Shown: positions 28,602 through 37,308 of the stretch, piece after piece
Layout of the letters: the number at the start of each line of letters is the position of its first letter
Position numbering within the stretch: the first letter of the stretch is position 1
From: Candidatus Latescibacterota bacterium
GTDB lineage: Bacteria; Latescibacterota; UBA2968; GCA-2709665
Direction of reading: 5' to 3'
Assembly (NCBI GenBank): GCA_965205485.1
Contig: OZ242180.1
Coordinates: forward strand, 3,008,001 to 3,072,000
DNA length: 64,000 bases
Made by a program: the position numbers and the translations under genes
Notes under the pieces: model-generated
The model's input: the letters and a program-made list of their open reading frames with translations, nothing else
Databases searched by the model: none
Told to the model about the DNA's origin: nothing

Positions 28602-29677
28602 ATGGCAGAGAGAACAAGGGTGGGTATCATCGGATGCGGCGGCATGGCCCGGTCCCATGCCAGCCGGATGAGCGAGGTGCTCGACAGGGTGGAGATTGCG
28701 GCGGTGGTGGATATCGATCTCGAGCGGGCGCGGGCGGTCGCCGGACACTTTCCCAATGACCCCGTGGTTGCGGCCGACTACGAGGAGGTCCTGGATCATG
28801 TCGACGCCGTACTCGTAGTGCTTCCCCATCATCTCCACCACCCGGTTACAGTGCGTTGCCTGAATGCGGGCAAGCACGTGCTGGTGGAGAAGCCGATGGC
28901 CAACAGTGAACGGGAGTGTCTGGACATGATCGAAGCCGCACAACGGAACGACCGGGTTCTGATGGTAGCCTACTGCATGCGGTTTCATCCCCTGATACTC
29001 AAGTTCAAGGAAGTGGTGGACAGCGGGACATTCGGCGAGGTCTTCCAGTTGTCGATCTGGACCGAGCAGCATACCCAGCGCGATCCGGAAAGCTGGCACT
29101 GCCGGGCGGGCATGCTCGGCGGAGGTCAGTTCTTCAGCCACGGCTGCCACTATATCGATCTGATGTTGTGGATGCTTGGCAGGCCGGTGAAGGGCGTACA
29201 CCTGGGAACGAATAGAGGCACGCCGTGGATGGAAAGAGAGGGCACCAGTAACGTGTGCCTGGAGTTCGAAGGCGGCATCCTGGGTATCACTTCGGCACCT
29301 GGGGGGCCAGGGGCACCCGGCTCGGATACTCCTTTCACGCGCACTGCGAGAAAGGCATGGTGGAACTTCATCTGCGCACGGGACGGGTTGTGTACCTGGG
29401 CGACGTTGAAAAACACGTGCCCGGCGAACACGATCCCGGTCAGCGGGAGATCGTATTGATGGAAGAAAAACACGCCAAACCGACGGAAGTGGAAATGGCG
29501 CACTTCGTGGATTGCATCGAGACCGGCCGGAAGCCATTGACCGACCCCGTTTCCAGCCTCGAGGGACTCAGGGTCATCTGGAAACTGTACGAGGCGGAGG
29601 AGAGCGACTCGGTCGCAGATCTGAGGGGACTCGGACTCGGTACGATGGGTGAAACGGGCGTGCAAGCAGCCGATTAG
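28602..29677 (+). pseudogene. Gfo/Idh/MocA oxidoreductase split by a one-base deletion near 29282-29284 (possibly assembly error)
   Basis: GIIGCGGMA, KHVLVEKPMA, GGGQFFSHGCHYID. After FEGGILG the sensible continuation (YHFGTWGARGTRLG…HFVDCIETGRKPLTD) lies in another frame. Confidence 0.8.
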
Positions 29678-29748
29678 CGGGTCTACCCCGCCCTGAAGGT
29701 TTTTCCGGAAAAGAACCAGAAAGTTCGTCGATGATGGGAGGAATAGCA

Positions 29749-30717
29749 ATGGACCGCGTCGTGCTTGGGGAAAGCGGCCTGTCGGTATCCCCGATCGCCG
29801 TCGGCACGTGGCAGCTCAGTCCCCGTTTCTGGGGACCGCAGTCGAAAGACGATGCGATGGCCGCGATGAAGTTCGCGTTCGATCGCGGTATCAACTTTTT
29901 CGATACGGCCGAGGCCTACGGCGATGGCTATGCCGAGACGGTTCTGGGGGAGGTCGTAAGGGATCTGCCGCGGGACGAACTCGTGCTGGCAACCAAGGTG
30001 TTCAACCACTTCAATCCCGATGGCTCCCGGTATCCCGATCTTTCGCCCGAACACATAACAGCGCGGTGCGACGTGTCGCTCGATCGGATGGGGGTCGAGA
30101 CAATCGACCTGTATCTGCTGCACATGTACGACCCGTTGACGCCGCTTGCCGATATCGCTGGAACGCTGGAAAGACTTCGCGATCAGGGCAAGATCCGGTG
30201 TTACGGGCTCAGCAACCACACGGTGGAACAATGCCGGGCGCAGCGCCGTTTCAGCAGGTACGACGTCGTCCAGCCTCCGTACAGCCTGATCGATCCGGCC
30301 GGAGAGAACGATCTGTTGCCGTGGTGCCAGTCTGAGAATGTCGGGGTGATGATCTATTCGCCCATGCACAAGGGGCTGCTGAGCGGAAAATACACCGGGG
30401 GAGAGGCGTTCGACGATTTCCGGATGAATCATCCCGATTTTCAGGGAGAACGGTTCAGGGATCTGTGTGCGAAGGTGCTGAGCCTGAAGCCGATCGCGGA
30501 ACGCAACGAACTGACGATTTACCAGCTGGTGTTGGCCGCCACCCTGATGCATCCGGCGATTCACGTGGCCATCACTGGAATCAAGACGCCGGATCAGATT
30601 GCCGAGGCCGTGGGGGCGGGTGGACGGCGCCTGTCGCGCGAAGACTATTTCGCGGTGAGAAATGCTGTGGGGCCGGGCAGCCCGAAAATTGCGGACGCCA
30701 GCGGAAAGCGGAAGTGA
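29749..30717 (+). CDS. Aldo/keto reductase
   Basis: LGESGLSVSPIAVGTW, GINFFDTAEAYG, LATK, IDLYLLH, GLSN, YSPMHKGLLSGKY. Confidence 0.93.
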   Translation: MDRVVLGESGLSVSPIAVGTWQLSPRFWGPQSKDDAMAAMKFAFDRGINFFDTAEAYGDGYAETVLGEVVRDLPRDELVLATKVFNHFNPDGSRYPDLSPEHITARCDVSLDRMGVETIDLYLLHMYDPLTPLADIAGTLERLRDQGKIRCYGLSNHTVEQCRAQRRFSRYDVVQPPYSLIDPAGENDLLPWCQSENVGVMIYSPMHKGLLSGKYTGGEAFDDFRMNHPDFQGERFRDLCAKVLSLKPIAERNELTIYQLVLAATLMHPAIHVAITGIKTPDQIAEAVGAGGRRLSREDYFAVRNAVGPGSPKIADASGKRK

Positions 30718-30753
30718 GTGCCGTCTTGTTCGGCATGATTTGGGCCGCAATAA

Positions 30754-30913
30754 CAGCCCGTTGAAAAAGCCCATCCGGGCTACGACCGGCCCTTGCGGTC
30801 GAAATACTGCGTTGCGCGCCCTCGCCGAATCGATGGATGGGACTCGGTTGCGCGCCTTGTCTTCGACCACAATGGCTCGGCCTCGCCTGCAGAGCGACTT
30901 TATCAACGGACTG
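30754..30913. mobile_element. MITE family C, copy 1 (160 bp, IS5-like ends)
   Basis: CAGCCCGTTGAAAAAG…CTTTATCAACGGACTG, near-identical to 51279-51438. Flanks ATAA / ATAG. Lies between convergent genes. Confidence 0.85.
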
Positions 30914-30957
30914 ATAGCCATTGGTGAGCGGTTCTTCGCGAGCTGTCCGGCGAAATC

Positions 30958-33471
30958 CTACACCTCGATACAGATCGGTCCGCTCTCCGTCTGTCCCGGC
31001 AGCCTGGCTTCAATTTTCCTGCCCGCTCGCGCTCCGTCGGGCGCGCGTTCGACAAAGACGTCGACATCCTGGCCGTTCTTGTACACCGGTCGGCCTTCCA
31101 GCGTCTGGTAGGCCACCGGCGGACAGGAGACCATTCGGATCGTGTCACCGTCGAATACGGCCGACAACGTCACTGGCCGTTCCGATCGGATGCGGATTCC
31201 GCGGCAATTGAATTCCGTTGCGTGGATCAACAGGACGCTGCGGGGCTGCCCGGATTCGTCGCGGGAAACGGATGCAAAGCGCCCTGCCAGCATCAGCCCG
31301 TCCGGCCCCGATCCGGTCTCGTAGATCGCCCGCCTGCCGCCGCCGTCGGCGTGAGTGATTTGGACAACCGCCGCCGCATTCCCCGAAAGCGTCCGAACGT
31401 CGGAGACAACCGGCTTTTGGATATAGGCTTCGTGGACGGCCACAAAGGGTGCGTCTGCCTCACGATGGCGAACCATCAGGCTGTGCCTTCCCGGATCGGG
31501 ATAGGTGTTCAGGAGAAAGGCGGTCTGTTCCGGCGAACCTGACACCGTCACCCGGTTAAAAACGTCGTTCCGGTTGGCGCCGTTTCCCGTTTCAGGTTCC
31601 GCGGGTACGCGCCATGTTGCCTGAAACGTCTCCTCCGCAAGCCCCTCACGAAATACCGGTCGGCCTCGCATGACAAAATCCGCCGGTTCGAATCCGCACT
31701 TCTCCTTCATCGCAAGACCGATCCGCGGTTCCTCACCGATTCCGTGGTAAAACCAGTCGTGTATGTTCCCGCCACGAACGCGGAAGATATCCAGCAGGTA
31801 CGAGTCGAACTGGATCAGGATTCTACGGTAGATGTCGGTCTGCGCATACACCCGGTCGCCGTGGGCTTCGGCCACCTGACCCGCGGGCAGATCGACGAAT
31901 GTGTGGATGCGCGGGACCTGTTCATCGCGAAGCTGGTCTCCGTGAACCTGCGATACTTCGTCGACGGTAACCGTATTGTGGGCGTATGAAGCGCCGCTGT
32001 AGATGCGCTGATCGGGGTCTTCGTAACGGGTGCGCTTCTCGCCCGTGAGCATCCGGCCGTGCGAGTAGGTGATCAGATTCAGCCGGTCCGCGTGCGCGTG
32101 TCCGGAGCCCGGCAGAAGCGCGTTCAGTCCCGCGTACAGGCGGTTGCCGCCGGCTTCCCGTTTCAATGCCACGTACCCGCTGGAGAGGTTGGCGCTCTGG
32201 TACGGTACCGGTTTTTCTGAGATGACTTCTGCGCCGAACAGGAGTCCCGTCAGTCCTCTGTCCCCCTCTCGAAGTACGCGGTACGATCCCGTTTCGTCGA
32301 TGTCCAGGTAGCGGTACCCGATTTCGGCCGTCAGCGGATAGCTGGCGAGGCTGGCGCGCCCTCCCATGTCTCCCGTCGGCGCAACGGACAGGTCCGGAAA
32401 CGTCTGGGCGGTAAACCATTTGATAGCGCGGCGAACGTGCCGGTAACTGCTGTTCCCGGAATCCAGTTCGTCGTAGATCTCGGACGGGAACAGGTGCGGC
32501 ATCTGTCGCGAGAGCCTGTGGCCGAGTACGAGCGCGCGGCAGTTCGGACCCAGGGCATACAGGTGGTACGCGCTGCACAGACCCCAGAAACCTCCGTCAG
32601 CCAGATAGTTGTTGCGCGTCAGCCAGCGGATGCCGCGGTGGTTTGGGCGCTGGTCGGAAGCGTAGTCCCGGTGGCCGAACGCCCAGTCCACGTAGTCCGT
32701 GCTTTCTATGGCGCAACCGACCATGGCGACCGAGCTGAGATAGGCGAACATGCCGTTGTGGCGCGGGCTGCTGTCCTCTTCAACACGGAAGACCGAGTCT
32801 GCCCAGTGCCGGAGCAGGTCCTGCCGAATCCGCAAGTGTTCCTGTTCGGTAAAGAGCCCGTCCGTGGACCTGAGGAGTTCGTATGCTTCCGACAGCGCGA
32901 GTACGATGACGCAGTCTCCCTCCATGTTGTAGGTCCAGATTACATGCTGGGTGCCGCTCCCCTGCACGGGCAGGGACTGAATGTGTCTGGCGAACAGACT
33001 CAGAATGCCGGCGCTCCTTGTGGCGTACGAACGGTCCGCACCCAGTGCATATAAAAACGCGAGGTGTTGGGCCGTGGTCGCCATCGCCTGGATGTAGGAG
33101 CAGCCCCAGCCTTCGTACAGGGTCCCGGAATACTTGCCGGTCAGATGTACCGCCGTGGACTGCTGATCAAGCGCATGGGCAATGTTGCACCGATGGCAGG
33201 TGGCTTCCCGGTCGTTGAACGGTTCGAACCTGAGCCTTTCCTGGCAGACGGGACAGATCAGCAGCCAGTAAACCTGCATCTTACGTTTTGGCATGAGCGA
33301 CTCGATCTGTTCGAGGGGCCGCTCTAGCCACGGCTGCACGCTGGCGTGCAATTCCTGCGCGGCCTTCTTTGCCCAGTCGTGGGATCGGACTTTTCGCCTG
33401 ATCTCCTCCAGGGTCGCCACGTCCAAGAATCCGGCCGGGTGGATCCATCGCTGCTTATCGGAGTCGCCCAT
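30958..33471 (-). CDS. Heparinase II/III-like polysaccharide lyase family protein (no signal peptide)
   Basis: GHAHADRLNL, AHNTVTVD, YLLDIFRV…HDWFYH. N-terminal CPVC…CHRC. ATG at 33471 follows GGAGG. Confidence 0.75.
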   Translation of the reverse strand: MGDSDKQRWIHPAGFLDVATLEEIRRKVRSHDWAKKAAQELHASVQPWLERPLEQIESLMPKRKMQVYWLLICPVCQERLRFEPFNDREATCHRCNIAHALDQQSTAVHLTGKYSGTLYEGWGCSYIQAMATTAQHLAFLYALGADRSYATRSAGILSLFARHIQSLPVQGSGTQHVIWTYNMEGDCVIVLALSEAYELLRSTDGLFTEQEHLRIRQDLLRHWADSVFRVEEDSSPRHNGMFAYLSSVAMVGCAIESTDYVDWAFGHRDYASDQRPNHRGIRWLTRNNYLADGGFWGLCSAYHLYALGPNCRALVLGHRLSRQMPHLFPSEIYDELDSGNSSYRHVRRAIKWFTAQTFPDLSVAPTGDMGGRASLASYPLTAEIGYRYLDIDETGSYRVLREGDRGLTGLLFGAEVISEKPVPYQSANLSSGYVALKREAGGNRLYAGLNALLPGSGHAHADRLNLITYSHGRMLTGEKRTRYEDPDQRIYSGASYAHNTVTVDEVSQVHGDQLRDEQVPRIHTFVDLPAGQVAEAHGDRVYAQTDIYRRILIQFDSYLLDIFRVRGGNIHDWFYHGIGEEPRIGLAMKEKCGFEPADFVMRGRPVFREGLAEETFQATWRVPAEPETGNGANRNDVFNRVTVSGSPEQTAFLLNTYPDPGRHSLMVRHREADAPFVAVHEAYIQKPVVSDVRTLSGNAAAVVQITHADGGGRRAIYETGSGPDGLMLAGRFASVSRDESGQPRSVLLIHATEFNCRGIRIRSERPVTLSAVFDGDTIRMVSCPPVAYQTLEGRPVYKNGQDVDVFVERAPDGARAGRKIEARLPGQTESGPICIEV

Positions 33472-33668
33472 CCCGCCTCCTCCTTTGTTCCCGAGCGCCT
33501 TTTCCGATCTTCCGGTCAGATGACAAGATAACATCTGAGCGCCTATCGCAAAGGAGTATCCGCTTCCGGTCGGGGACCCTGCGAAGTGAGTTTGTCGGTT
33601 TCCGGCGTTTGCATATATTGCGGTTAGTCGGGCGGGCGAACAGCGAACCATACTGCGGAGGATTCGAG

Positions 33669-34478
33669 ATGGGCATGACGGACGAAGAGAAGTTTCGTTT
33701 CGATCTGACGGGCTTTCTGGTGCGACCGGCCATTCTGAATCAGGATGAGATCGAATCCATCGTCGAGCAGATCGATCGCATCGTGCATGATCCCGGCGCA
33801 CTGCCACCGGAACATCGTACGGTTCCAGGGGGACCGTCGAGCGTTCTGATCGATCACCCGAAGGTCGTGGAGGTCCTGCAAGAGATTATCGGGCCCGAGA
33901 TTCGAATGGAAGGCTGTTACTGCGTATGGCGCAAGAAAGGGGAGTCCCACGGCGGGGGCCTTCACGGAGGCGGCCCCGGCCAGATCGATCCGATATTCGG
34001 ATACCGTTGTCAGAACGGGCGGATTCACGCCGGGATGGTACGCGTGGTCTTCGAGCTGACGGAAGTGCGTCCGGAAGATGGGGGCACGCATTTCATCGTA
34101 GGCAGCCATAAGGCGAATTTTGAAATGCATCCCGATCACCTTTCCATGGAGCCGGGAAAGCGAAGCCCGTACCTGATGGGATATGGATGCCCGGCTGGCA
34201 GCGCCGTATTCTTCACAGAGAACGTGTGCCACGTGGGACCGGAATGGACCAGCGACAGTCCGCGCGTCGCCGTGCTGCATGCCTATTCGCACCTGGCAAC
34301 GCACTGGCACCGGCTGAATGTGCCTCCGGACGTACTTGACAGTCTGCCGCGAGAGAAACAGGCCTGGTTTCGCGAGCCGTGGATCGCCGATTTCCGCACC
34401 CGGCCGGCAACCCGGAATACGCTGGACCACTATCTGGGTTCGAAAGATCCAATGATGCGAACCGCCGTCGGGGATTGA
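33669..34478 (+). CDS. PhyH-family Fe(II)/2OG oxygenase, H-x-G variant
   Basis: EKFRFDLTGFLV, LHGGG (33963-33971), EDGGTHFIVGSHK, GSAVFFTENVCH…R. Confidence 0.85.
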   Translation: MGMTDEEKFRFDLTGFLVRPAILNQDEIESIVEQIDRIVHDPGALPPEHRTVPGGPSSVLIDHPKVVEVLQEIIGPEIRMEGCYCVWRKKGESHGGGLHGGGPGQIDPIFGYRCQNGRIHAGMVRVVFELTEVRPEDGGTHFIVGSHKANFEMHPDHLSMEPGKRSPYLMGYGCPAGSAVFFTENVCHVGPEWTSDSPRVAVLHAYSHLATHWHRLNVPPDVLDSLPREKQAWFREPWIADFRTRPATRNTLDHYLGSKDPMMRTAVGD

Positions 34479-34589
34479 GAGTCTGTCAGCCCGGTCTCCA
34501 GACGCGTTGGAATTCCGTCTTGCGACGGCGTGAGAGTCGGCACGTAAACCGGCATGGCGCAGTGAACGTTGAATGAAAGCGACATAGCG

Positions 34590-35459
34590 ATGGAAGATTA
34601 TTCACACGTGATGAAGCCGGACACCGGTTATCAGTATGAGTTTAAGGCCGGGGATCTGGATGCAATGAGCGAATGCCTGGAGGCGCATGGATTCGCAGTC
34701 ATCAAGGATGTGCTGCCGCCGGAACGTGTTGAAGCGCTCAAACAGGCAGTGTGGGACGGCACGGATCCGGACGGCGCGCTGGCGACGGGTGAGAGCAGTA
34801 CGCGCCATGCGTGGATTGAGTCCGGGCCAGGAGCATGGTCGCTCCTGGAGTTTGAACCGTTCATGGATATTCATCGTCACTTAATCGGTACGGAAGAGCT
34901 GACCTTACATCGGTCGGCCGCAATTATCCGGATGCCGGGGTCACAACCTGTGTCGTGGCACACGGATTGGTGCGGGTATTCGACGGAGATCAGGAATTCG
35001 GGTGATGTGTTGAATCGCGGTCTCTGGCCGTCGGGCAAGTGGTTTTACCTGACGGGATCCCGCCCGGTTCATGGCGGTCTGTGTGTCATTGAAGACTCCC
35101 ATGTGAAAGATTGGGACGGTCCGGAGGGGTTCAGGATGACGGCCGACAGGCGATCGTTTTATCCCGAAGGCGAGGAAGAGCGACCGTATGCCGGTTTTGA
35201 TATTCCCGGACTTGTGCCGCTGTTCACACAGGGCGGTGATATGATCGTATTCGCCCACCGGACGTACCATGGCGCGTTTCCCAACCGGCTGCAAGAGCCG
35301 AGACTGTCGTGTGGCGTCGGTTTCCGGGACCGCGGGCACCGTATCGATGTTCCGTGGGAGATTCCGCAATCCGGACGATGGTTTCTCGAGAACTTGCCGG
35401 ACCATCTCAAGGTATATACGGATGGCTATACCAGCATTGACATGGATTGGCGCGGATAG
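34590..35459 (+). CDS. PhyH-family Fe(II)/2OG oxygenase, canonical H-x-D
   Basis: HGFAVIKDVL, WHTD (34959-34967), GGLCVIEDSH, GDMIVFAHRTYHG…R. Confidence 0.85.
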   Translation: MEDYSHVMKPDTGYQYEFKAGDLDAMSECLEAHGFAVIKDVLPPERVEALKQAVWDGTDPDGALATGESSTRHAWIESGPGAWSLLEFEPFMDIHRHLIGTEELTLHRSAAIIRMPGSQPVSWHTDWCGYSTEIRNSGDVLNRGLWPSGKWFYLTGSRPVHGGLCVIEDSHVKDWDGPEGFRMTADRRSFYPEGEEERPYAGFDIPGLVPLFTQGGDMIVFAHRTYHGAFPNRLQEPRLSCGVGFRDRGHRIDVPWEIPQSGRWFLENLPDHLKVYTDGYTSIDMDWRG

Positions 35460-35522
35460 GGTCCGGCAGTTGTTGCCGCGCAGGAGGGTCAACAGTCGTG
35501 TCGCGTTGGGCCGAGGTGTGAC

Positions 35523-36431
35523 TTGAGGACGGTCTACGTGCTGCTGACGATGGACTGCGAGACCGCCAGATCGGACCTGGCGCCCAATGCAATCCGGATG
35601 TCCGGTAGCGGTCCCGCGGACTACGAGGAGAGTGCACGATCGATTTTTGGATATGCGGAGACGGCAGCGACGTACGGATATCCCGTCACGTTTCTTGCGC
35701 ATCCCGAAGTGGCTGTCGAGAACGCGGACCTGCTCCTGGATCTGCGGGACCGCGGCGCATGTCTGGGGCTGCATGTCCACCCGTACAAGCTCAGACACCG
35801 GAAATACAGGTACGACCTCGGGGCGTATTCCGCCGGTGAGCAGTCAGGGATCGTCAGCGGCGCGATGCACGTGTGGGAATCCGCGCTCGGTCATCCGCCC
35901 TGTTATTTCAGGGCCGGTTACTTCTCGGCCAACGATCAGACATTTGGTGTCTTGAGCGATCTGGGATTTGCGGGCGGCAGCCTGTCCATCCCGGAGCGGG
36001 TCCTCCCCGGACATCATAGCCTCTGGGCGGGCGCGGAGAACTACCCACACAGAGCCTGTCACCAGTGTCGTTTGACTGCCGGCGAAAGCGATTTCATCAA
36101 TGTGCCGGTGTCCGTCGCATGCGAGCGCCCGGTCAGTCGCGGGCACGCGGGCGAGCAGGGTTATGAATGGTCCTATGTACCGCATCCGTACGATCACAAG
36201 GCGGTTATCCGGAACGTGCTGGAGCGGTTCGTTGTCGACGAGCCCCGGTTTCCGGTGATCGTGACGGACAGCCATAACGACCAGGAATACCGGGATCCCG
36301 ATCATCCGGCACGGTTGAATCTTGAACTCATCCTCCGTACAATCATGGACACCTGCTGCCGGATGGGTTTGCGTCAGGAGGGCATTACCCTGGACGCATT
36401 GTGCAGACTTGTAGGGGACGACGCGTCGTGA
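35523..36431 (+). CDS. Polysaccharide deacetylase-like protein
   Basis: LLTMDCE, PVTFLAHP, LGLHVHP, FRAGYFS: NodB/CE4-like motifs. Confidence 0.65.
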   Translation: MRTVYVLLTMDCETARSDLAPNAIRMSGSGPADYEESARSIFGYAETAATYGYPVTFLAHPEVAVENADLLLDLRDRGACLGLHVHPYKLRHRKYRYDLGAYSAGEQSGIVSGAMHVWESALGHPPCYFRAGYFSANDQTFGVLSDLGFAGGSLSIPERVLPGHHSLWAGAENYPHRACHQCRLTAGESDFINVPVSVACERPVSRGHAGEQGYEWSYVPHPYDHKAVIRNVLERFVVDEPRFPVIVTDSHNDQEYRDPDHPARLNLELILRTIMDTCCRMGLRQEGITLDALCRLVGDDAS

Positions 36432-36469
36432 ATGAGAAGGCCGGATTCTTTTTCTGATTGGAGGAACCT

Positions 36470-37297
36470 ATGCGAATCGATTCTCACGTGCACGTGTGGA
36501 CGATGGGTTCACCGCCGTTTACGCACAACGATGAAATGTCAACCAGTCGGCCGAAATATCCGGGACTGGTCGAGGATCTCATACGGTATATGGACCTGAA
36601 CAACATTGACCGAACGGTGCTGATTCAATGCATGTATCACGGGTACGACAACAGTTACATGTGCGACTGCATGCGGCGATTTCCCGATCGCCTGCACGGC
36701 GTGGCGCTGATCGACCCCGTACGTCCGGGCGCGGCCGGGAAGATGGAACGGCTCCACGGCGAGCACGGGGTGCAGGGGATGCGTCTGTATCCAATAAAGG
36801 ATAAAGACGCATCCTGGCTGTCGCGTGACGATCAGACGGCGCTATGGGAAACCGCGAAGAGACTGGGGGTCCCGTTCACATGGTTCGGCCGCTGCCATCA
36901 GATTCCGTTGCTGGAGCCGATGCTGGACCGATTCCCCGAGGTCAACGTTATTGTGGATCACCTGGGAGAGCCCGTGCTGCCCGAAGGCCTGGACGGGAGC
37001 TTTCGGTACCTCCTCCAGGCAGCGAAGTATCCGAATCTCTATGTGAAGGCCACGAGGATTGATGGCATATCCGCGCAATCGTGGCCGCACGAGGACGTTC
37101 ATCCGTATGTTGAGGCCGTACTCGAAGCTTTCGGGTCCCGCCGGATGCTGGGGTGTACCGGATTTCCCGAAGACCCCCAGCGCGGCGAGGCCGTCGGCTT
37201 CCGCGTGATCGAAGAAGCGATGGACTTTCTTTCCGATGAAGACAAGGCCTGGATATTGGGAAAGACCGCGGACAAGCTCTACGGCCGCAACCCATAG
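36470..37297 (+). CDS. Amidohydrolase family 2 protein
   Basis: IDSHVHVW, GVQGMRL, IVDHLG, YPNLYVK, EAFGSRRML, WILGKTADKLY. Confidence 0.88.
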   Translation: MRIDSHVHVWTMGSPPFTHNDEMSTSRPKYPGLVEDLIRYMDLNNIDRTVLIQCMYHGYDNSYMCDCMRRFPDRLHGVALIDPVRPGAAGKMERLHGEHGVQGMRLYPIKDKDASWLSRDDQTALWETAKRLGVPFTWFGRCHQIPLLEPMLDRFPEVNVIVDHLGEPVLPEGLDGSFRYLLQAAKYPNLYVKATRIDGISAQSWPHEDVHPYVEAVLEAFGSRRMLGCTGFPEDPQRGEAVGFRVIEEAMDFLSDEDKAWILGKTADKLYGRNP

Positions 37298-37308
37298 GAG
37301 GAATCGTC

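Noticed and set aside
30662..31111. Similar short ORFs (…SPLKKPIRA…ARPRLQS…) here and at 51199-51549
   Set aside because: The similarity is only translation through the two MITE C copies.
33472..33807. N-terminal extensions in the ORF track (also 5131, 7602, 8981, 12095, 58533, 63210)
   Set aside because: Downstream starts fit the RBS and/or family N-termini better, and several extensions overlap neighbouring genes or repeats.
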